A stretch of DNA of 64,000 nucleotides from a virus (taxonomy: Duplodnaviria > Heunggongvirae > Uroviricota > Caudoviricetes), in IMG/VR virus record IMGVR_UViG_3300001605_000025, positions 1-64,000 of that record; one strand, given 5' to 3'. The notes under the pieces are model-generated. The model was not told where the DNA came from. It saw only the letters and a list, made by a program, of their open reading frames with translations, and made no database searches. How positions within the stretch are numbered: the stretch's first letter is position 1; each line of letters begins with the position of its first letter. The translations under genes and the position numbers were made by a program. Positions 1-8,809 of this stretch are shown piece by piece.

Positions 1-88
1 ATACCATCCCAAATCATAAATTCACAATCTGCTTTCCCTTCCCCTCTGCAACATCGGTAAAAAGGTTCCCGCTGCTGTGCGTCGGGGG

Positions 89-253
89 TCATGGGATACC
101 TCTCGGACACTTCTTTAATTGTCTTGCGGTATTACAATGCCCGTATATTGCATCATTGTGTTTACACCTATTCCCTTGATATCCCGCCATAGCATTTTCA
201 TCATGATATTCAATATCTGGACATTCACGTTCCGGCTGCTGTGTGTCAGTCAT
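89..253 (-). CDS. small Cys-rich protein (~54 aa), hypothetical
   Basis: Hand-translated minus ORF (MTDTQQPEREC...). SD GAGGTGG sits upstream and the ATG overlaps the stop of the upstream gene (ATGA). Four Cys. Below the track cutoff, coordinates approximate. Confidence 0.3.
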   Translation of the reverse strand: MTDTQQPERECPDIEYHDENAMAGYQGNRCKHNDAIYGHCNTARQLKKCPRGIP

Positions 254-414
254 CGTTTCCACCTCGGGATAGCACCACGAGATTTATTCAAACATACTCC
301 ATGAAGATTGCAATATTTTTGCAATAGTTCGTCAGGAACCTTTTGCGGTATATCTTTTGGAAGACTTACTGAACATGTCATACTCGGACATAGATTACAT
401 ATAGCATCACTCAT
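250..414 (-). CDS. small Cys-rich protein (~54 aa), hypothetical
   Basis: Internal ATG of track ORF 250..447, overlapping the upstream stop as ATGAGTGA. Contains a CxxC...C pattern. Confidence 0.35.
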   Translation of the reverse strand: MSDAICNLCPSMTCSVSLPKDIPQKVPDELLQKYCNLHGVCLNKSRGAIPRWKR

Positions 415-553
415 TGTTATCTCTCCGTTTCCGTTCTCGATCAACAATTCGTTTCTCAGATTCTGGTAATCCGTTATACCAGTCGTCCCAAAGTTTCTGA
501 CGTTCCTCCTCAGTCATCGGAGGCTTATTGATTAGCTTCTTAAAGTCAACCAT
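407..553 (-). CDS. small hypothetical protein (48 aa)
   Basis: Hand-found ORF MVDFKKLINKPPMTEEERQKLW.... Strong SD GGGAGGTG lies 5 nt before the ATG. It is first in a three-gene coupled set. Confidence 0.4.
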   Translation of the reverse strand: MVDFKKLINKPPMTEEERQKLWDDWYNGLPESEKRIVDRERKRRDNNE

Positions 554-688
554 GAGTCACCTCCCGATTAAAGAAGTCCGGATCCTTCTTAAATATTGGA
601 CACCAGAAGATAACGATTAACCATTCAAAGAACGATAACCGTCCAAACTGCTGGCAACCGTTCACATAGAAGATACATCGTTTACATC

Positions 689-868
689 TCATCGTTTATC
701 ACCATAATCGAAATAACAAAGTGTGCAACCTTCTCCATCCCATGCTCGACAACGATTACCGGGTTCAATATCGAATCGTCTAAACGGTACACCAACTCTA
801 CATACGGTACCGTTTCCAAAGATCCTAAACGGACAGTAAAGTCCACCCTCCCACTTCTCATCAACCAT
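689..868 (-). CDS. small Cys-rich (zinc-ribbon-like) protein
   Basis: Track ORF 689..877 uses a GTG start. The internal ATG at ~868 is preceded by SD AGGTGA. Five Cys including CTLC. An alternative overlapping ORF 682..864 cannot be excluded. Confidence 0.35.
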   Translation of the reverse strand: MVDEKWEGGLYCPFRIFGNGTVCRVGVPFRRFDIEPGNRCRAWDGEGCTLCYFDYGDKR

Positions 869-900
869 CTTAATCACCTAGCTCTTCGTCTTTAAAAAAT

Positions 901-1800
901 TTAGTTGGGTGAGTCTACATTCTTGAACAACGGTAACCCGTTATCGTTCACTGGAATATAGATTGCCTTCGGATTAGTCTTCATCGTTTCCAACCAATAC
1001 CACTGTAAGTACTGTTCAGATAACGATCCGGCGATAATCTTGTTCGCATCAGCGATACCTTGAGCTTCAGCTCTCATACGGTTTGATTCCATCTCCTGGA
1101 CACTAACTTCATTCTGCTTGGTCTTAATCTTAGTCTCCATATTCATCTGATCAGTTCGTGCATTCGTGAATTCAGGTGGAAACTCAATATTCCGTATATA
1201 GAACTGCTCAATCGTTATGGAGTCCTTAACCCCAACGTTGTTAATACGCTCACGTACAGCGTCACCCATTCTCTGTTCAACTAACAGTCTGTCTGCTCCA
1301 CCAGTACTTGCAGAATACAACGTCTTAGCATCATACTGAGACATTACATCCCTCGGCACAGTATGCATAGGGTCCCTAAGTACTGTCGTAATATAATCAG
1401 TTCCTACAGTCTTATAAACCTCTACGGCTTTATTTGGATTCAGATGATAGTTCATTGTGACACCAATCGTAGTCTTTAGGGCTTCATTAGATAGTCCAAC
1501 GATGGTAGCTACATCATTAGTCCCATAGTCTATGTACTTCTGTGTCTGAACGGACATAGGGATTATCCTCGTGAACGGGAACTTCAAGTGAAATCCAGGT
1601 TCAAGAACGTTATCGTTAACAGTTCCGAACGTATCCTGAATTCCAACATGTCCAGCTGGAACAGTTGTTATACAGTTCAATAGTAACGGTAATACTATGA
1701 ACGTCCCTATAACTCCAACAAAGAGTACTCCCAGTACTCTTAACGGTCTCGGTTCTCCATACTTATCTCGAAAGAATGATTGTCTCCGATTGTCTTCCAT
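901..1800 (-). CDS. SPFH/band-7 (prohibitin/stomatin/HflKC-like) membrane protein
   Basis: N-terminal TM helix, then an SPFH-like core and a C-terminal AEAQGIADANKI-type coiled-coil typical of band-7 proteins. Confidence 0.6.
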   Translation of the reverse strand: MEDNRRQSFFRDKYGEPRPLRVLGVLFVGVIGTFIVLPLLLNCITTVPAGHVGIQDTFGTVNDNVLEPGFHLKFPFTRIIPMSVQTQKYIDYGTNDVATIVGLSNEALKTTIGVTMNYHLNPNKAVEVYKTVGTDYITTVLRDPMHTVPRDVMSQYDAKTLYSASTGGADRLLVEQRMGDAVRERINNVGVKDSITIEQFYIRNIEFPPEFTNARTDQMNMETKIKTKQNEVSVQEMESNRMRAEAQGIADANKIIAGSLSEQYLQWYWLETMKTNPKAIYIPVNDNGLPLFKNVDSPN

Positions 1801-1870
1801 GTCTACACCTGGGCTTTCGCCCAGATGTAAAGTGGACTGATAGGTTCGACCCTAATCAGCCCGTAAATAT

Positions 1871-2056
1871 CTAAGATCTCATTATATGACCAAGAAACAT
1901 TGCTGACAGCATGCCAACTCGTGGTCTTGAAGCAGTTTCTAGAATATCTAAACATTGTGACTTTGTTCGAACGTTCGGATCTCTGCATAAGTCAACTAGC
2001 GTTTGACATTCCATCACCTCTTCAGGTGTCATATTATATGCCTCATGAATTTCCAT
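1871..2056 (-). CDS. hypothetical protein
   Basis: 61-aa ORF in the minus gene array. An overlapping alternative is 1803..1988. Confidence 0.3.
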   Translation of the reverse strand: MEIHEAYNMTPEEVMECQTLVDLCRDPNVRTKSQCLDILETASRPRVGMLSAMFLGHIMRS

Positions 2057-2058
2057 GT

Positions 2059-2244
2059 TTAATCCTCCCGAGTGTCCACCATAGTATATGGTTCACCAAG
2101 TTCGTTCAACTTTCGTTTCCAGAGGTCAATCTCCCGATCATCAATCTTAAACTCAAGTTTCGTCTTAGTCATTGTGACTATAATCGTCTCATGTTTTAAT
2201 CGTTCATTGATTGCTTTATCCAGATCAATATACTGCTCCGTCAT
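2059..2244 (-). CDS. hypothetical protein
   Basis: 61-aa ORF, abuts its neighbours. Confidence 0.4.
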   Translation of the reverse strand: MTEQYIDLDKAINERLKHETIIVTMTKTKLEFKIDDREIDLWKRKLNELGEPYTMVDTRED

Positions 2245-2486
2245 TAGAACTCCTCTTGTCTAACTAATTCATATACCTCAATTACCACAGGTACTAGATC
2301 TCGTCCACATTTATTCGATTGTCTATTCAACTCCGTAACAATAGCATATTTTGATCGTCCAGACTGGACCATCTTTAGCACCGTAGTTAGTAACCGTACA
2401 TGAAAAAGTTTTTTTGTATCATCAGTTAGTCCTATCGCAACGATATTATCCTGCAGTACGATCGCAAGATTGTCCCTTTTCGTCAT
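2244..2486 (-). CDS. hypothetical protein
   Basis: 80-aa ORF. Its stop overlaps the next start. Confidence 0.4.
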   Translation of the reverse strand: MTKRDNLAIVLQDNIVAIGLTDDTKKLFHVRLLTTVLKMVQSGRSKYAIVTELNRQSNKCGRDLVPVVIEVYELVRQEEF

Positions 2487-2946
2487 CTAGTAGACTCCCG
2501 AACGTTGTGAATGATTTCACTGCGAACACACTCTGTCCCTTTCGTGAAACAGATTCCGGACTACTGTTCGGAGCAACAAAATTCCACCGTTTAATCAGTG
2601 AAGCTGCAATACCCGATACAATATATATTATATCTTCTCGTATTGGATCCGGTAATCCTTTGAACTCAGGTTTACCAACATACCGTTTAATAACAGTTCC
2701 GTTCGCAACGTATATCACCTGTTCCTTTTGTTTCACACGTAACGGAAAATTTGCAGGTGGATACTCTGCAAGTACCCGCCCGTCAGTTGCGATCCTCCGT
2801 ATAATGTGGGGTGTTTTATTCTCCCAACCGTTTATCTTCATCAGTCCATCTCCGAGCTCTCTCTTTAGCAGCTGGTATACCACCTTCAATGTATCCTTTC
2901 GTCTTGTGTTTACATTCCGAACATAAGTATCCAGTAAATGGATCAA
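2446..2946 (-). CDS. hypothetical protein (weak GIY-YIG-like VIY...YVG segment)
   Basis: 166-aa ORF. The GIY-YIG resemblance is weak and unverified. Confidence 0.35.
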   Translation of the reverse strand: MIHLLDTYVRNVNTRRKDTLKVVYQLLKRELGDGLMKINGWENKTPHIIRRIATDGRVLAEYPPANFPLRVKQKEQVIYVANGTVIKRYVGKPEFKGLPDPIREDIIYIVSGIAASLIKRWNFVAPNSSPESVSRKGQSVFAVKSFTTFGSLLDDEKGQSCDRTAG

Positions 2947-3073
2947 TTAATATCGTTCCATCTTCTTTAGTATGTGTGATCAATCCTTCAACGCATCCGT
3001 TTATCTGACTCTCCCGAATCAACGATCCACAACAGAAGCATACTGCTGTAGCTGGTAGGTAGTCACTTCTCAT
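2816..3073 (-). CDS. Cys-rich small protein
   Basis: 85 aa with CFCCG...C...CSEC. Overlaps 2446..2946, so one of the two starts may be wrong. Confidence 0.3.
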   Translation of the reverse strand: MRSDYLPATAVCFCCGSLIRESQINGCVEGLITHTKEDGTILIDPFTGYLCSECKHKTKGYIEGGIPAAKERARRWTDEDKRLGE

Positions 3074-3075
3074 AG

Positions 3076-3453
3076 TTATTCCTCACTAGTCTTCCGTCTT
3101 GTAATGTACCCAGCTACCACATCGTAGCCCCACGTATTCAACGTTCTTACTGGAATATCAGGGATTCCATATCCTGTCATTCGTAAGGAAGCTAAATTTA
3201 AGCACTGAATAAATACTTGTGCATCCAATCGATCGCTCTCTTTAGATAGTTGTCCATATGCTTCGTTAACCAACCGCCTTAGCTCCACGTTCGTTATGAC
3301 TTTCTTGTGTACACCCCAACACTGGTCTAAGGTGTTACCGTATTCCAGTCCGCATCCAGTACAGTAGCCAACCTTCTGGAGTTTATCTCTGTAGGCTTGT
3401 CGTACCACTGAATGGCAGAATGGACAGTAACCCATGATACGTTCGTTAGACAT
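3076..3453 (-). CDS. zinc-ribbon protein
   Basis: N-terminal CPFC...CTGC motif, 125 aa. Confidence 0.45.
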   Translation of the reverse strand: MSNERIMGYCPFCHSVVRQAYRDKLQKVGYCTGCGLEYGNTLDQCWGVHKKVITNVELRRLVNEAYGQLSKESDRLDAQVFIQCLNLASLRMTGYGIPDIPVRTLNTWGYDVVAGYITRRKTSEE

Positions 3454-3478
3454 AAACGATACCTCTCAGAGGTACCGT

Positions 3479-3832
3479 TTAAGCCTTCCGAACGATGTAT
3501 GCAACGTTTCCTTCCTTGATGATCTCGTAGTCACCCTTTTCTACTGCAGACCGGATAGATGAGTTCTGTACCCTGGTGTCTCCATCTTCAGTCTTCTCGA
3601 GACCAAATTTCAGGTCTACCAGGCGCTTCAATGTCGCAACACTGATCTTGTCTTTTCCAGCTGCAAACAGTTCATCACGGTACTCGCGAATCTGATCGGC
3701 AGATACACTTGCCTGTCCAGACTTCCGGACCTTCCTCTCTGCATCGATCTTGTCGTACAGATCTCCGAGTTCCATTACATCCGCATTTTCGATACTGGGT
3801 GCCGGAGCGCCCTTCTTGCTTGCTTTAGGCAT
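3479..3832 (-). CDS. hypothetical protein (117 aa)
   Basis: Track ORF 3479..3946 trimmed to the ATG (MPKASKK) preceded by SD AGGAGAGA. Confidence 0.45.
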   Translation of the reverse strand: MPKASKKGAPAPSIENADVMELGDLYDKIDAERKVRKSGQASVSADQIREYRDELFAAGKDKISVATLKRLVDLKFGLEKTEDGDTRVQNSSIRSAVEKGDYEIIKEGNVAYIVRKA

Positions 3833-3911
3833 GTTTTCGTCTCTCCTGTTCAGGCCTTTCACCTGTGCTGCCCGGAAATGTTTCCGTTTCCGGGTTTCAG
3901 CCAAATAAAGG

Positions 3912-4196
3912 TTATAAAGTAATAGGTACAGCTCTACCCTGTACAAATTTCATTGGTGGGGTTGCTCCCATTGCCTGGTCTATAGTATTCTTGATTATAA
4001 ATGCATCCTCTCTAGTGTTAGCTTTAAACACTATGTATCCTTCACCTACCACTTGGACTCTCCAATGATCGTAATGACTAACTCCATCATCAGGTGGAAA
4101 GATGATAATGGATTTTATTGCATCCACTCTCATCTGGTTGAAATTATGTCCGTTGTCAAACGCTATCATTCCAGTTGGTAATACTTCGATTTTCAT
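3912..4196 (-). CDS. hypothetical protein
   Basis: 94-aa ORF. Confidence 0.4.
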   Translation of the reverse strand: MKIEVLPTGMIAFDNGHNFNQMRVDAIKSIIIFPPDDGVSHYDHWRVQVVGEGYIVFKANTREDAFIIKNTIDQAMGATPPMKFVQGRAVPITL

Positions 4197-4208
4197 AGAA
4201 CGATCCTC

Positions 4209-4487
4209 TCAGTCATGCTCAAACAGTTTCCTGAGCGTATCCCGTCTCGTTATACGGTCCTGGTCCTTCAATGCTTGCATCACAATGATAACTTCTATCT
4301 TTGTGAAGTTATCGTACAGGAGCTGTGCAAATCCAGACCTGCAGTCAGGGTACAATTTATCTTCGTGCCTAACAAGCCTGTTGTACTTCCTCATGATTTG
4401 TTCGAGACGTTCCTTGGTCATTCCCATAGCAATCGGATAATCATTGCTTTCATGATTCCACACAATCTGTTCGTTTTCTGGTTCCAT
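4209..4487 (-). CDS. hypothetical protein
   Basis: 92-aa ORF. SD AGGTGA before the ATG. Confidence 0.45.
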   Translation of the reverse strand: MEPENEQIVWNHESNDYPIAMGMTKERLEQIMRKYNRLVRHEDKLYPDCRSGFAQLLYDNFTKIEVIIVMQALKDQDRITRRDTLRKLFEHD

Positions 4488-4495
4488 AGTTTCAC

Positions 4496-4660
4496 CTACA
4501 AATTATCTTCATTACAAATATCACATTCTTCAGGATCATTCCCATGAATGCACATATCTGGTAGTTGTTCATCATTCATTACATCTTCAAGTTCATCTTC
4601 AGGAAGACTTCCATCTTCCGTCATCAACGGAACAATTACTGATGCTATCAGTTCGATCAT
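4496..4660 (-). CDS. small acidic protein with C-x8-C-x2-C
   Basis: Hand-found 54-aa ORF (MIELIASVIVPLMTEDG...). It fills the gap between two tracked ORFs. Coordinates approximate. Confidence 0.35.
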   Translation of the reverse strand: MIELIASVIVPLMTEDGSLPEDELEDVMNDEQLPDMCIHGNDPEECDICNEDNL

Positions 4661-4807
4661 CTAGCTCACCGTATCAGACCATAAATGAACATTGTTTAGT
4701 TCTTCAATCACATGATCAAGTGGTTCAGTCTCATCACTATAACTACAGTCTGCTCTGAGGTCCTCAAGATCAAGAATGATCCTTTTCAGTCTTGTGCTTA
4801 GACTCAT
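4661..4807 (-). CDS. hypothetical protein (48 aa)
   Basis: Internal ATG (MSLSTRLK) with SD AAGGAGA, within track ORF 4661..4864. Confidence 0.3.
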   Translation of the reverse strand: MSLSTRLKRIILDLEDLRADCSYSDETEPLDHVIEELNNVHLWSDTVS

Positions 4808-5006
4808 GTTGTCTCCTTTCCTGGTAGATCTCAACCATAGCTTTTGCTCCGTGCATGAATGCACGTTGGAACAACTGCATCTGTTCCGGATCGTTGATTG
4901 ATTCGTTATTAGCTACGGTTAAGCATTTCATCTGTAATCTGATAAATGCAGTTCTCGCTTCATCACTTAATCGTTTTGATTTATCCAAATCATCCATTAC
5001 GATCAC
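4770..5006 (-). CDS. hypothetical protein
   Basis: 78-aa ORF. Confidence 0.35.
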   Translation of the reverse strand: MIVMDDLDKSKRLSDEARTAFIRLQMKCLTVANNESINDPEQMQLFQRAFMHGAKAMVEIYQERRQHESKHKTEKDHS

Positions 5007-6196
5007 TCCATCGGTTCTTTAATCTCTTTGAATGCTTTCAGAATATTCTTCGTTGTTAACGAGTCACCGTAAATAATACAGTTCTCGAACGCAGCGCGGA
5101 TATCTGATCCGCTCGCATCTCTCAGTTCTTTACAGAGCCAATCAACATCAACATCAGCTTCGTAGCGTCCTGCATAAAACGCTACAATCATACGTCTCTT
5201 CTCATCTGTCGGCTTCTGTACTTTAATTGCAGGACCTAAACGTCCCACCCTCAGTAATGCTTCATCCAGATCAGCTGCTCGATTTGTTGTCGCGATGAAC
5301 TTAACATGTCCGATATCTCCAACACCATCGAGAACACGTAACAGCTTGAAGACTTTCTCTCTATCTACAGCTCGTGTAAGTCCGTTCTCATCAATCTCAT
5401 CCGCAACAATCAACGCACTTTTTCCGAGGAATCTCATCAGTTTATCGAGTGCTTTCACGAAGTCCTCCCAGGTATCCGAATCAGACCCTAACGGATAGTG
5501 TATCCAGTCCGGAGTTCTCCGTATGATCTCCTTCACGATCTCACTCTTTCCACAACCTGGGGATCCATGTAGTAAAATGTGTCGGTTGATCAATCTTGGA
5601 TCAGTTGTTGTAATCGTAGCGAGAATCCGTTCAATTGTTTTTTCCTCACCAACCAATTCGATACTACCCTCCTCAAGCGTCATGACTTTGCTGAGTGCTG
5701 CGAATATGATCGTCTTCAACGGTTCGAGAGCTTCCTTGTATCCGCTGATGTATAGCACCGACAGTATGTTTATCATACTCTCGTACTTTGAATCGTTCTC
5801 GAACTCGATATACGTTCCTGGTGGAAACTTCTCACATTGCCTATTCGGATCTCCATATACCCGTGAAGTTGTACTGAACCATCCACCACGTCCACCGATC
5901 TTGGTAGATATGAAAGGTCCACTAATACTAACATTAATGAACGGGTGGCACTTCAGATATTTCAGTGGACTATCGGTACCATCTTCATCATCATCATCAC
6001 TGATGGTCCTCATATTCTTTACTGGAGTTGTTATCCGGAAATATGTACCAATCATAGGTCCGAACATTCCTGGAGACATACCTACATATAGATTCTCCGT
6101 ATCAACGAGCTTCCCGATCACTTTGATCGCATCGTTGATTACTTTCATATTACTCTCCAGCTTTGTGGTTTTACCGGTATACGTTAACTCAGTCAT
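5003..6196 (-). CDS. classical AAA ATPase (FtsH/Cdc48/PAN-type AAA module) with a unique ~200-aa N-domain
   Basis: Walker A GSPGCGKS, Walker B IVADEID and second region of homology ATTNRAADLDEALLRVGRLG. No HEXXH protease motif. Confidence 0.75.
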   Translation of the reverse strand: MTELTYTGKTTKLESNMKVINDAIKVIGKLVDTENLYVGMSPGMFGPMIGTYFRITTPVKNMRTISDDDDEDGTDSPLKYLKCHPFINVSISGPFISTKIGGRGGWFSTTSRVYGDPNRQCEKFPPGTYIEFENDSKYESMINILSVLYISGYKEALEPLKTIIFAALSKVMTLEEGSIELVGEEKTIERILATITTTDPRLINRHILLHGSPGCGKSEIVKEIIRRTPDWIHYPLGSDSDTWEDFVKALDKLMRFLGKSALIVADEIDENGLTRAVDREKVFKLLRVLDGVGDIGHVKFIATTNRAADLDEALLRVGRLGPAIKVQKPTDEKRRMIVAFYAGRYEADVDVDWLCKELRDASGSDIRAAFENCIIYGDSLTTKNILKAFKEIKEPME

Positions 6197-6200
6197 CTTA

Positions 6201-6461
6201 TCACCTTATATGTCCTTTGATCAACACACCTTTCCGTCTTGGAGCCTTCCCGCTAACAAGTTTCCGTCCACATCCAGGTAACGGACACTTGTGATCTAGT
6301 TCCGGATGAGCCGTTAGATGTTGATAGGCCATGAATCCATGATCGTGATGCAAGTAGTAAAACGTAACGTCTATTGGTTTGTCCTCCCAATCAGTCGTTT
6401 CGTATATACGTGTTGTATCACTATCGGACTTCAGTTTCATCTCTTTAATACTGATAGTCAT
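6201..6461 (-). CDS. hypothetical protein with HHDHG...CPLPGCG
   Basis: Track ORF 6201..6470 uses a GTG start. The internal ATG overlaps the upstream stop (ATGA). Confidence 0.4.
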   Translation of the reverse strand: MTISIKEMKLKSDSDTTRIYETTDWEDKPIDVTFYYLHHDHGFMAYQHLTAHPELDHKCPLPGCGRKLVSGKAPRRKGVLIKGHIR

Positions 6462-6625
6462 ACGATACACCCGTGTTTCATCAGTATATTCATCAGTTCA
6501 ACGGCACCTGTATTAAACGCTGCTTCGTACATCAAACGTTCACCGGTAGTTAGTGTGAATCCCAGATCGTTGATTCTAGTTACTCTCGCGGCAATTAGTT
6601 CTTCAGTTATCTGTTTTGCATCCAT
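6458..6625 (-). CDS. hypothetical protein (55 aa)
   Basis: Hand-found ORF (MDAKQITEELIAARV...) with SD GGGAGG. Approximate. Confidence 0.3.
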   Translation of the reverse strand: MDAKQITEELIAARVTRINDLGFTLTTGERLMYEAAFNTGAVELMNILMKHGCIV

Positions 6626-6742
6626 TCATTGCCTCCCGTTCGTGTATCATCTTGTGGGCATCGATCCGACGTAAGCCCACACGTCTCCGTTCATCGGTAG
6701 CGATTAGGATCTTCGCTGTGCATATCGGACAGGTATATATTA

Positions 6743-7144
6743 TCATGGTATGATCCTGAAGTCTGGTAATCTCGTCGTTACCGCGGTAACGATTTTATCA
6801 ATATCCAGGCCTTCGCCATTATTGTTGATCGCGTGGTGAATTGCATGTTCAGTACATCCTTCTAGTTGACCAAGCTGGTAGGCTCTCAGTATTGCTACCA
6901 GTTTACTGAGGTTCTGGTGGCAAACATCAGAGTATAACAACCAGATCTTGTCCTCGTAAATATCGAGTGAGTCCATCATCAAGATGGCTCCGAGTCCACC
7001 CATTGAACGTGGATCGATAACATCACCCTGTTTAATCAGTTCGGCACATACTCGTACCGCTCCTGGGTTCCCGTTGCTCATCTTCATTATGCCATCGAAT
7101 GTTGTCATGTTCAAATCGTTAATTCTTGGGTTGTCGTATGACAT
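6743..7144 (-). CDS. hypothetical protein
   Basis: 133-aa ORF. Confidence 0.45.
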   Translation of the reverse strand: MSYDNPRINDLNMTTFDGIMKMSNGNPGAVRVCAELIKQGDVIDPRSMGGLGAILMMDSLDIYEDKIWLLYSDVCHQNLSKLVAILRAYQLGQLEGCTEHAIHHAINNNGEGLDIDKIVTAVTTRLPDFRIIP

Positions 7145-7155
7145 GTTGTTACCTC

Positions 7156-7353
7156 TTAGTCTAATCGTTTAACTTTTACGATCTCCCTTAGATCTACATC
7201 ATCATGGTAACCACGCGGATCAGTCGCCATGTAGAAACACTCCACTACCATATCTTCAAATGATAGATCTTCTGGATTGATCTCCTGATAGTCAGCGATA
7301 ACAGGTCTCAGTCTCTCCAGTTGGTCGTCTGGTATCTCAACCTGGAAGATCAT
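7156..7353 (-). CDS. hypothetical protein
   Basis: 65 aa, acidic. Confidence 0.4.
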   Translation of the reverse strand: MIFQVEIPDDQLERLRPVIADYQEINPEDLSFEDMVVECFYMATDPRGYHDDVDLREIVKVKRLD

Positions 7354-7577
7354 ATAACTTTCGCTCCTAGAATCTCATACGCACGCTTGACATCGTCAAG
7401 TGTTGGAATTCCTTGGAAGTCGTTCAGTATTCCAGTCTCTGGATCTATAATCCAGTGGAACGTCTCATCGATATCAAGACTATCGATCTCAGTATCGGAC
7501 ATCGTTCCTACATCAGCATACAGTACGTTAGCTATCACTAACGGATTGTATATCCTTGGGTCTTTCATTTCAGTCAC
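7350..7577 (-). CDS. hypothetical protein
   Basis: 75 aa, ATGA overlap with its neighbour. Confidence 0.4.
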   Translation of the reverse strand: MTEMKDPRIYNPLVIANVLYADVGTMSDTEIDSLDIDETFHWIIDPETGILNDFQGIPTLDDVKRAYEILGAKVI

Positions 7578-7580
7578 CGT

Positions 7581-7820
7581 TTACTGGTATTTAGTGCCGT
7601 ACAGTCGTACTGCTGCTACTCTGGTAATCTTATCTTGAACACTACCAACTTCACGTTGTAGTGTCACATATCTTAGTACAGCCATTTCAAATAGTTGATC
7701 CTGTTGTGGAGTTGTTTCACCAAGTATTGATTGTATGGTGTATTGAGCAAGTACGTTCGCTAACGTGATTGAAAGTAGTTCGTCAACTGTAAATTCCATG
7801 CTCACTTCATGATCCCTCAT
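7581..7820 (-). CDS. hypothetical protein
   Basis: Track ORF 7581..7865. The internal ATG (MRDHEV) is preceded by GGAGGGA, so the start is ambiguous. Confidence 0.4.
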   Translation of the reverse strand: MRDHEVSMEFTVDELLSITLANVLAQYTIQSILGETTPQQDQLFEMAVLRYVTLQREVGSVQDKITRVAAVRLYGTKYQ

Positions 7821-7825
7821 ATTGA

Positions 7826-7951
7826 TCAGTCCCTCCGATTCGGGTAATACCGTTCCGTTTTGCAATCCTTACACTGTACATGTTCCCCACCCGTTCTGGT
7901 ATTACGTACCGTCACGTTGGTGGATCCACACTTGTAACACTTGTTATGCAT
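7826..7951 (-). CDS. C4 zinc-ribbon protein (41 aa; TFIIS/RpoM-like CxxC-x18-CxxC)
   Basis: Hand-found ORF MHNKCYKCGSTNVTVRNTRTGGEHVQCKDCKTERYYPNRRD. Approximate. Confidence 0.35.
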   Translation of the reverse strand: MHNKCYKCGSTNVTVRNTRTGGEHVQCKDCKTERYYPNRRD

Positions 7952-7969
7952 TGAAACCTCGTTATATCA

Positions 7970-8119
7970 TTACACTTCGGCTACCATTTTCATTAGTGCT
8001 TTGTCCAACTGTTGGTCATCAAGCTCTCCATTTTTTGCTAACTGCTTCAAGAAGGTTGTAGCACCTTCTTTAGTAGATAGATTGAGTTTCATGAACTCAT
8101 CAAACTGTTTCGCTTCCAT
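7970..8119 (-). CDS. hypothetical protein (49 aa)
   Basis: Hand-found ORF with SD AAGGAG (MEAKQFDEFMKLNLSTKEG...). Confidence 0.35.
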   Translation of the reverse strand: MEAKQFDEFMKLNLSTKEGATTFLKQLAKNGELDDQQLDKALMKMVAEV

Positions 8120-8120
8120 G

Positions 8121-8519
8121 TTACGTCTCCTTTGGTTCCCAATCCCTCGGGTGTATATGCCTCGTTATATCGTGCACAACACCGTCATCGGTGGTATACT
8201 GTGTCAGTAATGTATCGCCAGTCATCCACGTTGTCTTCGAGTCGAGATACTGTGCGTTGAACAGTTCTCCAATTAGATCGTCCATTAGTACACAGATTAA
8301 CGTTGCCTGGTCTTGCTCGACTAGCTTGTTCAGAATCTTGCCGATCTTAGCTTGTGCCTTATAGTACGCTTTTCGATTAGCAAGTGGATACGTTGCATCG
8401 TTCACATCGAACATGTTGTGTTCCCACATGTTGGCTAGCTTCTTTATCTGATCAACGTGTAGTGACCGGTTAACGATTGCCTGGTTGAGCATCGTTTCAG
8501 ACTTCGTATATCCAGTCAT
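8121..8519 (-). CDS. hypothetical protein
   Basis: 132-aa ORF. Confidence 0.45.
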   Translation of the reverse strand: MTGYTKSETMLNQAIVNRSLHVDQIKKLANMWEHNMFDVNDATYPLANRKAYYKAQAKIGKILNKLVEQDQATLICVLMDDLIGELFNAQYLDSKTTWMTGDTLLTQYTTDDGVVHDITRHIHPRDWEPKET

Positions 8520-8809
8520 ACGTTCTCCAGTAGCTTTTTCTTATCGTTGTCAGACACCCAGATCTCGTTATGTCCACACGATCCCTTACACAGATACGGG
8601 TAACAGTGTTTCACTGCATGACAGGACATCTCAGGTACATCTGGACATGTTTCGTTCATTAACGGACATCGAGCGTCATCCCAGAACCTCATTACTTCTT
8701 CGAGGAAATTAATCCTACGTATTGCCCAGTCTGGAACATCATTCCAGTCACCAGACAGATGATCTGCATATCCGTCCGGATACTTTGGCTGTACTTTTTC
8801 ACGGTTCAT
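8516..8809 (-). CDS. Cys-rich hypothetical protein
   Basis: 97 aa with six clustered Cys (CPLMNETCPDVPEMSCHAVKHCYPYLCKGSCGH). Confidence 0.45.
   Translation of the reverse strand: MNREKVQPKYPDGYADHLSGDWNDVPDWAIRRINFLEEVMRFWDDARCPLMNETCPDVPEMSCHAVKHCYPYLCKGSCGHNEIWVSDNDKKKLLENV

Noticed and set aside
119-304. Plus-strand 61-aa ORF
   Set aside because: Low-complexity hydrophobic translation lying antisense to three SD-preceded, coupled minus-strand genes, so it is treated as a spurious frame.
1900-2926. Plus-strand ORFs 1900..2199, 2072..2263, 2414..2926
   Set aside because: They lie antisense to a dense minus-strand gene array, have no SDs and give Ser/Phe/Leu-rich junk-like translations.
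5523-6281. Plus-strand 252-aa ORF
   Set aside because: Entirely antisense to the AAA ATPase gene. It has Ser/Pro/Leu-rich low-complexity composition typical of shadow ORFs.
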